Notes under the pieces: generated by a model | Database searches by the model: none | The model's input: the letters and a program-made list of their open reading frames with translations, nothing else | What the model was told of the DNA's origin: nothing | Translations under genes and position numbers: made by a program | Origin: Thermoplasmata archaeon | Lineage (GTDB): Archaea; Thermoplasmatota; Thermoplasmata; Lutacidiplasmatales; UBA184 | DNA: 64,000 bases | Assembly (NCBI GenBank): GCA_027314165.1 | Contig: DAHVCH010000002.1 | Coordinates: 103,716 to 167,715, forward strand | Reading direction: 5' to 3' | Part shown: in pieces, positions 29,305 to 37,358 of the stretch | Numbering within the stretch: the first letter of the stretch is position 1 | How the letters are laid out: each line of letters starts with the position of its first letter

Positions 29305-29793
29305 TCACCGCTCCTGGGCGGGGGCGAGCGTACGGGCCGCCGCCTCCACCGCATCGAGGATCTTCACGTAGCCGGTGCAACGGCAGAGGTTCCCCGAGAG
29401 GGCCCTCGAGATCTCGTCCCTGGTCGCTCCCGGGTGGTCGCGTAGGAAGGCGACCGCGGTCACGATGAACCCCGGCGTGCAGAAGCCGCACTGGGTCGCC
29501 CCAAGGTCGATGAAGGCCCTCTGGACCGGGTGAAGAGCGCCCGCGGGGGAGATCCCCTCCACGGTGGTCAACTGGTGGCCCTCGGCGAGCTTCGCCAGCA
29601 TGAGGCAGGAGAGCCTCGGCTCCCCGTCGACCAGCACCGTGCAGCAGCCGCAGGTTCCCAGGTCGCACCCGCGCTTCGTCCCCGTGAGGTTCAGCTCCTC
29701 GCGCAGCACATCCAGCAGGATGCGCTGGGGAGGCAGATGGAGCTCGTGCTCCTCCCCGTTCACCCTAAGCCGGACCGGGACTTTCTTCGGCAT
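29305..29793 (-). CDS. molybdenum hydroxylase small [2Fe-2S] (CoxS/XdhC-small-like) subunit
   Basis: Two [2Fe-2S] clusters: CDLGTCGCCTV...C and QCGFCTPG...CRCTGY. Confidence 0.95.
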   Translation of the reverse strand: MPKKVPVRLRVNGEEHELHLPPQRILLDVLREELNLTGTKRGCDLGTCGCCTVLVDGEPRLSCLMLAKLAEGHQLTTVEGISPAGALHPVQRAFIDLGATQCGFCTPGFIVTAVAFLRDHPGATRDEISRALSGNLCRCTGYVKILDAVEAAARTLAPAQER

Positions 29794-30622
29794 GGGCCTG
29801 GGCGGCCTCCTCCGCCTTGGATCGGACCGTCCCTCCCTCTCGGGGGGGATGGAGGTCCTGGATGATCTCGCCTACGAGGCTCACGGCGATCTCCTCCGGG
29901 CTCTGGGCGCCCATCGGGACCCCCACCGGGGAGCGAAGTCGGACAAGGGTCTCCTCGGGGAGCCCTCGGGCCCGGAGCCCCTTGAAGGTCAGCTCCCGCT
30001 TCGTGCGGCTCGCGATGAGCCCCACACGGCCCTCGAAGTCCGGCAGCAAATGGAACGCAGCCTCCTCGTCCTTCTGAGCGTCGTATCCGAGAAGATAAGC
30101 GTGGCTGAAGTGGTCCCCGGAGGCCCGGAGGGTGGGCAGGAGCTCCGACGGGGCGACCGTCCATCGGTGGCGGGCCCGGGGGAACCGCTCGGCGGTGGTG
30201 AACTCGGGTCGATCGTCGGAGATCGAGTAGTCGTAGTCCAGGAGGTCCATCTGCTTCGCGAAGGCCAGCGCCACGTGCCCTCCTCCCCAGATCAGAACGT
30301 TAGGGCGTGGCGGAACGTACTGGAGCGACACGTCCACGCTTCCTCCGCACCGGCTCGAGAGCCCGCCGGGCTTCCACGCCATCAGGTCGAAGCGATGGAG
30401 GCCCCCTTCCTTCTGGCGGAGCGCGCCCCGGGCTAAGAACCTCACCTTCTCCTCGAGCCCCGCGCCGCCCACGGTGCCCACGACGCTGCCGTCCTCATGG
30501 ACGAGCATCGTCGTGCCTTTCTTCCCCGGCACCGAGCCGTGCGCGTCGACGATCGTCGCGAGCACGACCGGCCGGTGCGCCTCGGTCAGGGCCAACGCCT
30601 CCTTGAGCACCTTCCGGTCCAT
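29765..30622 (-). CDS. XdhC/CoxI-family Mo-cofactor insertion accessory protein
   Basis: LATIVDAHGSVPGKKGTTMLV..GTVGGAGLE N-domain plus a Rossmann-like VLIWGGGHVALAFA C-domain. It overlaps the small-subunit start by 29 nt. Confidence 0.85.
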   Translation of the reverse strand: MDRKVLKEALALTEAHRPVVLATIVDAHGSVPGKKGTTMLVHEDGSVVGTVGGAGLEEKVRFLARGALRQKEGGLHRFDLMAWKPGGLSSRCGGSVDVSLQYVPPRPNVLIWGGGHVALAFAKQMDLLDYDYSISDDRPEFTTAERFPRARHRWTVAPSELLPTLRASGDHFSHAYLLGYDAQKDEEAAFHLLPDFEGRVGLIASRTKRELTFKGLRARGLPEETLVRLRSPVGVPMGAQSPEEIAVSLVGEIIQDLHPPREGGTVRSKAEEAAQAHAEESPGPA

Positions 30623-30624
30623 GG

Positions 30625-31290
30625 TCAGCTCTCCCGGGCTGGAGGGAGGGAGGTCCCCGGGGGCCCGAGTCGCTGGATCCGACCCAACGCCGACGCGAGC
30701 GCTTCCGGGGTGTCGATGTTCTCCAGGACCCCGGGGTCCTCGACGGGAACTTCGAGCACGTGCCCGGGGTGGGACCGAAGATAGCGGAAAAGGGGTTCGT
30801 CGTCCCGATAGCCGAGGACCTCCTCGCGCGCGGTGTCGCTCAAGAGCACAGGATGCCCGCGGCGCCCCTCGAAGGTCGGCAGGGCCCAGTGGGCCGGGTC
30901 AGGGGTCCGGGTCTTGGAGAGGCGGGAAGCGGCCGCGCGGAGGAGAGTGTCGAGGGTAGAGGGGAGCACGAAGGGATGGTCGACGGGCCACAGGAGGGTG
31001 CCCCCCAGACCCGCTCCCGCCTCCGCTAGACCGCGCTTGAAGGAGCCGGTGCGTCCCTGGGCCCATCCGGCGTGGACGCAGGAACGTGCCCCGGGCAGGT
31101 CACGAAGCTCCTCCTGAAGCGCCGGGGCGTGGGCCCCGAGCACCACGATCACGGGGGAGAACGAGGCGGAGATGGCGGTCCCGACGATCCTGCGAAGGAC
31201 CGTTCCCCCGCCGGGGACGGCGAGGAGCGCCTTCGGGACCGGGCCCGACCGGACCGAGGCCCCGGCGGCCAGCACGACGCAGGCGGGCAC
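30625..31290 (-). CDS. MobA/MocA-like nucleotidyltransferase (molybdenum cofactor cytidylyl/guanylyltransferase family)
   Basis: VVLAAGASVRSG..PKALL and WPVDHP motifs. GTG start. The stop is 2 nt from the xdhC-like start. Confidence 0.8.
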   Translation of the reverse strand: MPACVVLAAGASVRSGPVPKALLAVPGGGTVLRRIVGTAISASFSPVIVVLGAHAPALQEELRDLPGARSCVHAGWAQGRTGSFKRGLAEAGAGLGGTLLWPVDHPFVLPSTLDTLLRAAASRLSKTRTPDPAHWALPTFEGRRGHPVLLSDTAREEVLGYRDDEPLFRYLRSHPGHVLEVPVEDPGVLENIDTPEALASALGRIQRLGPPGTSLPPARES

Positions 31291-31469
31291 GTCCGGGGCA
31301 AGGTCGCGTGATGTGAAGAACCCTCGCGGACGCTCCTTCCCGGAGCCCTCGGTCGCCCTAAGCGTGCGGTCGGAACGTCGGGCAGCCCCCGAACCCGTCT
31401 TCCCCAGGCTTCAAAGACCTGTTCGATTTCCGTAAAGAGGGGCCCAGGGTCGGGTTCCACCCTGAGTGC

Positions 31470-32792
31470 ATGGCGGTAGGGCAACGTGGTCAGGTCCAGC
31501 GATCTCCGGGGGGGATTCCTCCCCCCGCCCCCGGGGTGCCGCCCCCGCCGCCCACCCCGCCTATAGGCGGGCGTCCGGGCTATCCCACCAAGAAGAAGGA
31601 GCGCCTAGGCGCGGGGTTCCTTCGCCGGAAGAGGCCCGTTCCCGTTCCGGGCCGGGAGATGCCCTCCCCGTCCGAGGTGGTCCAAGCTCTCACCCACTTC
31701 CCCCACACCGCCGCCCCTCCCCTGCGGGGAGCGATCCCGCTCGATGTCCGGTTCCACCCGATGACGTTCCCTCACCCTTCGCGCCCTCCCTGGAGGTCTT
31801 GCGGACGGTACGCGATCGTCTTCCAGCTCCTCTTCGGCCACAACAACCCGACGCCGATGATCCTCCGGCTCTACCACACCCAGTGGCTGCCGTCGGCCGA
31901 CGCTCGCTACGCCGCGATCACGCGGTGGGTCTGGCAGGCGCCCTCGACGCTCAAGGGGGTGTTCGTCGGGACCTGGTACTACCACCAGGGCGCGCACATC
32001 ATGTTCACGGGAGCGAACGGCCAGAAGCGGGCCGAGTGGTTCCCCGCGCTGGTCATGGAGCGGGCCACGGGGACCTCGCTCGACGAGCACCTCCGAGTGC
32101 TGGACTCCCTCGAACCCGCCGAGCGGGACTGGCGCTACCGCAGGCTGACGAACAACGTGCTGACCTTGGCCGACCGACTGCAGGACGCGGGGGTGTCGCA
32201 CGGTGACGTGAGCTTCGACAACCTCTTCATCGACAGCCAGGACGACATCCATCTCGTCGACTACGACAGCCTGTACATCCGCGGGGTCGACCTGCCGCCC
32301 TCCCCCATCGTCGGGCAGCCGGAGTTCCAGCACCCGGACGTCATCAGCGGGAAGGCCAAGTGGCCGAAGAAGTCGGACCGCGGGGCCGTGGCCGACTCCT
32401 TCGCGTTCCTCGTGCTCACGCTGCTTCTCACCCTGAACCGCGTCGACCCGCAGTTCTGGCGGATGGTGGGGAGGACCAAGCCGGCCTTCTCCGGACGTGA
32501 CTTCGAGCGGGCCTCCCTCTACAACCGGAAGAGCGAGCTGGTCCGGCTGCTCGGCCACCCTCACGCCGGGGTGCGGCGGCTCGCCCAGATCCTGATCAAG
32601 GGGTGCGACGACCACCTGGCCACCTGCGTGCCGCTCCGCCAGCTCCTGCTTCCCGACCTGCGCGCAGCCATCGACCGAGGGGCGCCGCCCCGGGTGGATG
32701 TCCCGCATCGGGGTCAGTTCGCCGCCTACGGCGGAGCGTATCCCCCGCCAGGCCCCCCTCCACCGGGCGCCGCCTACCATCCGCCCGGATGA
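31470..32792 (+). CDS. atypical protein kinase-like protein with Pro-rich termini
   Basis: Catalytic-loop-like HGDVSFDNLFI followed by LVDYDSLY (at the DFG position) and a helical C-lobe. No obvious Gly-rich loop. Both termini are Pro-rich (PPPAPGVPPPPPTPP; YPPPGPPPPGAAYHPPG). ATG 31470 is preceded by a weak TATA-like element (TTTCCGTAAAGA). ATG 31659 is an alternative start. Confidence 0.6.
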   Translation: MAVGQRGQVQRSPGGIPPPAPGVPPPPPTPPIGGRPGYPTKKKERLGAGFLRRKRPVPVPGREMPSPSEVVQALTHFPHTAAPPLRGAIPLDVRFHPMTFPHPSRPPWRSCGRYAIVFQLLFGHNNPTPMILRLYHTQWLPSADARYAAITRWVWQAPSTLKGVFVGTWYYHQGAHIMFTGANGQKRAEWFPALVMERATGTSLDEHLRVLDSLEPAERDWRYRRLTNNVLTLADRLQDAGVSHGDVSFDNLFIDSQDDIHLVDYDSLYIRGVDLPPSPIVGQPEFQHPDVISGKAKWPKKSDRGAVADSFAFLVLTLLLTLNRVDPQFWRMVGRTKPAFSGRDFERASLYNRKSELVRLLGHPHAGVRRLAQILIKGCDDHLATCVPLRQLLLPDLRAAIDRGAPPRVDVPHRGQFAAYGGAYPPPGPPPPGAAYHPPG

Positions 32793-32857
32793 ACCTCCGG
32801 GCCCCCCTGCGCTCCCCACGAGCAGCCCGCGTCGTGTGTGAAGGAGGACCTAAGCGA

Positions 32858-32877
32858 GCATGCGGGCTCCCGCATGC
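32858..32877. terminator. perfect inverted repeat GCATGCGGG-CT-CCCGCATGC between convergent genes
   Basis: 9-bp arms read directly, 66 nt downstream of the kinase-like gene stop. Confidence 0.3.
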
Positions 32878-32952
32878 CCCCGGCCCCTCTCAGGTGAGCC
32901 CGTTGGGTCTCGAGGCGCGGCATCCCCCCTCGCACGGCGCCGGGACGGGGGA

Positions 32953-32976
32953 GGGCGGGGCGTTCTCGCCCCGCCC
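32953..32976. terminator. perfect 10-bp GC hairpin GGGCGGGGCG-TTCT-CGCCCCGCCC
   Basis: Read directly. It lies 18 nt downstream (minus-strand sense) of the vWA gene stop at 32994. Confidence 0.3.
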
Positions 32977-32993
32977 GGAGCTCCGTGTCGGTC

Positions 32994-33848
32994 TTACGCC
33001 ATGGGTGGGGCCACCATGGGCCCCGTCCGGGTTCCGACCTGCAGGATCTTGATGAGTTCCTTGCCGCCGATGTTGTATCCGTAGCACTTGGGCAGCCCCG
33101 GGGAGACCGGAAGCCCGACCCGCTGGGCCTCGGCGGCCATCGAGGGGGGCAAGTGGCTCGCGCACCGGAAGAGCAGCTGCGCCTCGGGCGTCTGCGGGGC
33201 CTCCTGCTCGTTGCAGAAGATCGCCGGAGGGAACGTGTCGGAGTCCCCGATGTGCAGGCTGAAGATGAGCACCATCGACCCGTTCGCGTTCGTGACGCGC
33301 TTGAGCCGCGTGCAGATGTCGACGAGAGACTGCCAGTTCTCCTGGGTCCTGGGCTCGGGGATCCCGTCGGTGATGTTCAGGATGATCGGGGGGTAGCTGT
33401 TCGGGTTCGTCGCCACCCACTCCTTCACCGGCTCCTCCAGCAACGCGAAGGCCTGCGTCATCGGCGTGCGGCCCTCGGCGACCGGTCGGATGACCTGGAG
33501 CCGGCCGTCCGCCCAGCCGTTGTTCTGGTCGGTCCACTCCGCCATTCGGTCGAGCGGGAGGATGAGGGGGTCCTGCTGGCTGCCGACGATCGGAGCGACG
33601 AGGTCTCCCTGGAAACCGTAGGAGATGATCTGGCTGTGGAAGTAGGGAACGACCTTGTTGTTCTTCGTGCAACGGAGGAGCAGGTCGTCCAGGATGCCGT
33701 TGATCTGGTCGGCGAGGAAATCGCACTTGCGGACCCCAGGCATGCCCCGGATCTCCGCCTTCATGGAACCGCTCTGGTCGATCAGGAAGATGATGCACCC
33801 TGGCTGGTTGTGCGTTACGCTGACTTCTTCGGTGTAGGGCTCGACCAC
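32994..33848 (-). CDS. von Willebrand factor A (vWA) domain protein, TerY-like
   Basis: MIDAS motif IIFLIDQSGSM, a downstream Thr (GRTPMTQA), and ILNITDG. No signal peptide or TM segment, so it is predicted cytoplasmic. GTG start, TAA stop. Confidence 0.85.
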   Translation of the reverse strand: MVEPYTEEVSVTHNQPGCIIFLIDQSGSMKAEIRGMPGVRKCDFLADQINGILDDLLLRCTKNNKVVPYFHSQIISYGFQGDLVAPIVGSQQDPLILPLDRMAEWTDQNNGWADGRLQVIRPVAEGRTPMTQAFALLEEPVKEWVATNPNSYPPIILNITDGIPEPRTQENWQSLVDICTRLKRVTNANGSMVLIFSLHIGDSDTFPPAIFCNEQEAPQTPEAQLLFRCASHLPPSMAAEAQRVGLPVSPGLPKCYGYNIGGKELIKILQVGTRTGPMVAPPMA

Positions 33849-33881
33849 GTGTATCCCTCACGCGTGCGAACCACTCGCACG

Positions 33882-33887
33882 TATAAA
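33882..33887 (-). promoter_or_regulatory. TATA box (TTTATA on the minus strand) for the vWA gene
   Basis: Plus strand reads GTATAAATGG. It is centred about 36 nt upstream of the vWA GTG at 33848, in the only AT-rich patch of the divergent intergenic region. Confidence 0.35.
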
Positions 33888-34102
33888 TGGCTCGGTTAAG
33901 GGAATGGGCTCCAGAGAGCTCACCTCAAGGCCCGAGAAGGAACGCGGGTTGCGCACCGCCCCGGAGGCTCCGGGGAGCGCCGGGCAGGGAACAGTGCGTT
34001 CGACCACCGGCTTCTTGTACACCTTCTCATCCTCCACCAGCGCAGGGGACCCGGCGACGCCCGGGACCGTGGAGGCCTCGTTCCCGGACGGAACCGACCC
34101 GC

Positions 34103-34990
34103 ATGCCGAGCAAGTCCTCTCCACTCTTCACCTTCTTCGAGAGCATGGTCATCTCGAAGGGCCCGCTCTCGGACTGCGACGACCGGGTCTCGCACTCCCC
34201 GCTCGACAAGTACGTACGGGTCGCTTCCTCTGACGAGCACCGCGTGCTCGAGGCTGGGACCTTCCGACGCAAGCAGGAGACGGTCCGCATCGCGGTCTCC
34301 GACGGAGCCACGGAGTCCTCCTGGTCGGGGATGTGGGCCCAGATCCTGACGGACGCCTTCGTCGAGGGCACGCTGCCCTGCTCGTCCCCCGATGCGTTCC
34401 TGGCCGCACTGCCGGACCTCGCCAAGCGGTGGAAGAAGGACACCGAGCCGCTGCTGGACACGTCGAACCAGAGGGCCGTGCGCAAGCGCGACCAAGGGGC
34501 GTTCGCGACCTTCCTGGGCATCGAGGCGAATCCCGCGGAGGGGACCTGGCGCGCGATCACGGTCGGAGACTCCTGCCTGCTCCGCAACTCGGGCGACAGC
34601 AAGCCCCGTCTGGTCTCCTGGCCGGTGGAAAGGGCCTCGGACTTCGACACGACCCCTCCCCTCGTCACGACCCAGGAGGGGACGACGCCCCAGCCCCTCG
34701 TCCAGGAGGGTTCGCTCGAGAACGGGACCCACCTCTGGGGCGCCACGGACGCCCTGGCCAAGTTCCTCATCCAGTGGCCCGGAGTGCTGCTCGACCGCGA
34801 ACGGTTCAGCGAGGTCGCCGACGGGCTGTTCGAGATGCTCGGCCCGCTCCAGGGCGGGGGCGTGCTGAAGATGGACGACCTGACGTTGGTCTCGCTGGAG
34901 TTCGACAAGGACGAGACGGTGTTCAAGCGCCGGTACGCCCTCCACCACCTCTTCCGAGCGGGCCGGATGCTCTCGAAGCTCTCGCGCTGA
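34103..34990 (+). CDS. PP2C-family (PP2C_2-like) serine/threonine phosphatase
   Basis: IAVSDGATES, ATFLGI, ITVGDSCLL, LWGATDALAKF, and MDDLTLVSL correspond to the metal-binding Asp motifs of bacterial PP2C_2 phosphatases. ATG at 34103 (alternative 34145). The upstream part of ORF 33887.. is Arg/Pro junk. Confidence 0.75.
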   Translation: MPSKSSPLFTFFESMVISKGPLSDCDDRVSHSPLDKYVRVASSDEHRVLEAGTFRRKQETVRIAVSDGATESSWSGMWAQILTDAFVEGTLPCSSPDAFLAALPDLAKRWKKDTEPLLDTSNQRAVRKRDQGAFATFLGIEANPAEGTWRAITVGDSCLLRNSGDSKPRLVSWPVERASDFDTTPPLVTTQEGTTPQPLVQEGSLENGTHLWGATDALAKFLIQWPGVLLDRERFSEVADGLFEMLGPLQGGGVLKMDDLTLVSLEFDKDETVFKRRYALHHLFRAGRMLSKLSR

Positions 34991-35109
34991 GCGGCAGAGG
35001 TCTTGCCACCGGAACGGTGGTCGTGCCCGGCTCCACCCGGGGCGCCTTGGGACGTGGACGCGACGCGAAGGCATATCTGAGCCCGAAGGCCGTTCGGTGT
35101 CCATCGACC

Positions 35110-37320
35110 GTGGGGCCCCGACCTAGTCCTGGAAACGCCTTCCCCAAGAGCCTCGCCGCGCCACAGGCGCTCCTTGCGGCGATCCTCCTCGCGGCCCTTG
35201 CGCTTCTCTCCCCCCTCGGGACCTTCGTGGCTCTCGCCCCGTACGCGCCAGAGCCCTCGGCATCCCCCGCGCCATCTCCCTCGCCCCCCTCGCCCCCCTC
35301 GCCCTTGCTCCCGTCCTCTCACGATGGGGGCACGCCGGAGCACGTCGCGGGGGCCCTCCCCCCGGCGGGTCTCTCCCCCTCGGTCCACGCCAATCCGCCC
35401 CGACCGACCCTCTCCGAAGCCCGGGCGGGGATCGGCCCTTCCCCACACCTGGCCCTGACGGGTCCCACGGCCTCTCCCGCGAGCGTGGACCAGGGCCAGT
35501 GGGTCAACTTCTCGACCACCCTCACGGGCGGGATTCCGCCCTACAACTACACCTGGTATGGGCTGCCCTCTCCTTGCAACAGCAGCTGGACCCCGGTCGT
35601 CGACTGCTTGTCGACGGTCGCCTCCACGTTCTCCATCTACGTGAACGCCTCCGACAGCTTCGCGGTCAATGCCACCAGCGGGACCCTCGCGTTCCCGGTG
35701 CTGCCGGATCCGGCGGTCTCCGTGACCGCGAACCGGACGTCGCTGACCCTGGGAGGTTCGGTGCAGTTCCTGGCCACCGCCAGCGGAGGCGCCGGGACCT
35801 ACCCGACCTACGCCTGGACGGAGAGCTCCACCCAGCTCGGCTGCGCCAGTTCGAGCGGGCCGACCCTGGTCTGCACACCTCTCTCGTTGGGTTCGGGCTG
35901 GACCGCGTCGGTGGCCGTGACCGACTCCAACGGCTGGACCACTCCCGCGCAGACCTCGCCTCCCGTCAGCGTCCAGGGCGTGCTGAAGGCCCCGGCGCCG
36001 GTCGCGAACCGGAGCAGCGTGGACGTGGGACAAGCGGTGCTCTTCACCGAGACCGCCTCGGGAGGCTCTCCTCCCTACACGTACTCCTGGTCCGGGCTGC
36101 CCAGCGGCTGCCTCGCGTCGAACTCCCCCTCGATCTCCTGCACGGTCCTGGGTGCGGGCACCCAAGCGGTGCAGGTCACGGTGACCGACTCGGGGTCCTC
36201 CTCCGCGTCCAGCCCGGTCCTCCCGTTCAGCTCCTACACCGACCCCGTCGTGGGGTCTCCCGTCGCATCGCCCCCCTCCGTTGACGCGGGCATGTCCTCG
36301 AACCTGTCGGTGTCGGTGACCGGAGGGATCGGGCCGTTCTCGTACGCCTGGGAGGGTCTCCCCTCGGGCTGCCCGGCCGCCCCTCTTGTCGTGACCTGCG
36401 TCTTCCCGACCGCGGGGACCTACCCGGTCCGGATGTCGGTGATCGACGGCGACCAGTTCTCGTCGCTCGGGCCGGTGCTCGACGTCCTCGCGGCGGCGGA
36501 CCCCACGGTCAACGCGACCGGCACGAGGGCGAGCGTGGACCTCGGACAGAGCGTCACGCTCCTCGCCGTGGTGAGGGGCGGCGTGGGGAACTTCACGTTC
36601 AACTGGTCGTCGGTCCCCTGCGCTCTCGGCGGACCGAGCCCTAACGGGCTCCCACCTTCCATCACCTGCATCCCGGTCGTGACCGGGGAGTTCAACGTGA
36701 CCGCCCTGGCCACGGACCGCGTGGGATGGACGAGCTCCTCGCTGCCCTTCCGTCTCCACGTCTGGCCGCGCCCCTGGATCGAGAACTTCAACGCGAGCGC
36801 GACGAGCCTCCAGGTCGGAGGGACGAGCACGTTCTCGGTCAGGGCCCACGGTGGGGGAGGGACCCTGCACTACGCGTACGCGGGTCTGCCGAAGGGCTGC
36901 ACCGGGGTCGACGCCCCGACGCTCACCTGCACCTTCGACCGGGCCGGGAACTACACGGTCCGCGTGGTGGTCTCGGACCCCACGGGAGCCAACGCCACCG
37001 CCTCGCTCTCCGTCCACGCCAGCGGGACCCTGCCGCCCGCGGCGCCCGCCTCCTCGGTCACGCCGGTGGGGGTGGTCGCCGCGGTCCTGCTGCTCGGAGG
37101 GCTTCTGGTCCTCGCCCTGCTGGGTTTGATGTACGTGCTCTTCCGGGGGTCCCGGGCCTCCACCCGCCCCCCTCAGACCGGCTTCACCGGTCTTCCGTAC
37201 CGGGCCCGTCCCTCGGGACCGGAGCCCGCGCCGCGGGAGCCGCGACCGCCCGCGAGCCGCGGTCCGGCGGTCGGCGCGCCGTCCTCGGACCCGGGAAACC
37301 CATCAGCCGGGATTAAATAG
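35110..37320 (+). CDS. cell-surface glycoprotein with about 7 PKD/Ig-like repeats, N-terminal signal peptide and C-terminal TM anchor
   Basis: Signal-like LLAAILLAALALLSPLG, then repeats each carrying GG.PPY.Y.W.GLP.GC (for example GGIPPYNYTWYGLPSPC, GGSPPYTYSWSGLPSGC, GGIGPFSYAWEGLPSGC). There are more than 15 N-x-S/T sequons and a C-terminal VGVVAAVLLLGGLLVLALLGLMYVLF followed by a basic/Pro tail. GTG 35110 chosen as start. Confidence 0.8.
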   Translation: MGPRPSPGNAFPKSLAAPQALLAAILLAALALLSPLGTFVALAPYAPEPSASPAPSPSPPSPPSPLLPSSHDGGTPEHVAGALPPAGLSPSVHANPPRPTLSEARAGIGPSPHLALTGPTASPASVDQGQWVNFSTTLTGGIPPYNYTWYGLPSPCNSSWTPVVDCLSTVASTFSIYVNASDSFAVNATSGTLAFPVLPDPAVSVTANRTSLTLGGSVQFLATASGGAGTYPTYAWTESSTQLGCASSSGPTLVCTPLSLGSGWTASVAVTDSNGWTTPAQTSPPVSVQGVLKAPAPVANRSSVDVGQAVLFTETASGGSPPYTYSWSGLPSGCLASNSPSISCTVLGAGTQAVQVTVTDSGSSSASSPVLPFSSYTDPVVGSPVASPPSVDAGMSSNLSVSVTGGIGPFSYAWEGLPSGCPAAPLVVTCVFPTAGTYPVRMSVIDGDQFSSLGPVLDVLAAADPTVNATGTRASVDLGQSVTLLAVVRGGVGNFTFNWSSVPCALGGPSPNGLPPSITCIPVVTGEFNVTALATDRVGWTSSSLPFRLHVWPRPWIENFNASATSLQVGGTSTFSVRAHGGGGTLHYAYAGLPKGCTGVDAPTLTCTFDRAGNYTVRVVVSDPTGANATASLSVHASGTLPPAAPASSVTPVGVVAAVLLLGGLLVLALLGLMYVLFRGSRASTRPPQTGFTGLPYRARPSGPEPAPREPRPPASRGPAVGAPSSDPGNPSAGIK

Positions 37321-37358
37321 TGAACCCCGTTGAATCGGCTCCCGCTCGAGAACCGCGC

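Noticed and set aside
26708-29371. 887-aa plus-strand ORF opposite the Mo-hydroxylase large subunit, and the 755-aa alternative minus frame 27087..29354
   Set aside because: The frame 26849..29302 carries the GGGFGGK and other XDH-family motifs. The others are Arg/Gly/Pro/Asp low-information frames.
33858-34124. 88-aa minus-strand ORF with one CSACG motif just upstream of the vWA gene, a possible fourth member of the triad
   Set aside because: It has a GTG start, only one CxxC pair, and no recognisable family. Its 3' end contains the only TATA-like element positioned for the vWA gene. It also overlaps the preferred PP2C start. I kept it as non-coding divergent promoter region, but a profile search could revive it.
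34027-37017. 996-aa minus-strand ORF opposite the PP2C and PKD-repeat genes. The same applies to 46209..48818 + and 47626..49263 - over the FtsX permease, 43428..45191 + and 43582..45423 - over the coiled-coil protein, and 60179..62377 - over the helicase.
   Set aside because: These are shadow ORFs. The chosen frames have signal peptide, TM, repeat or catalytic motifs, and the alternatives are R/G/P-rich without structure.
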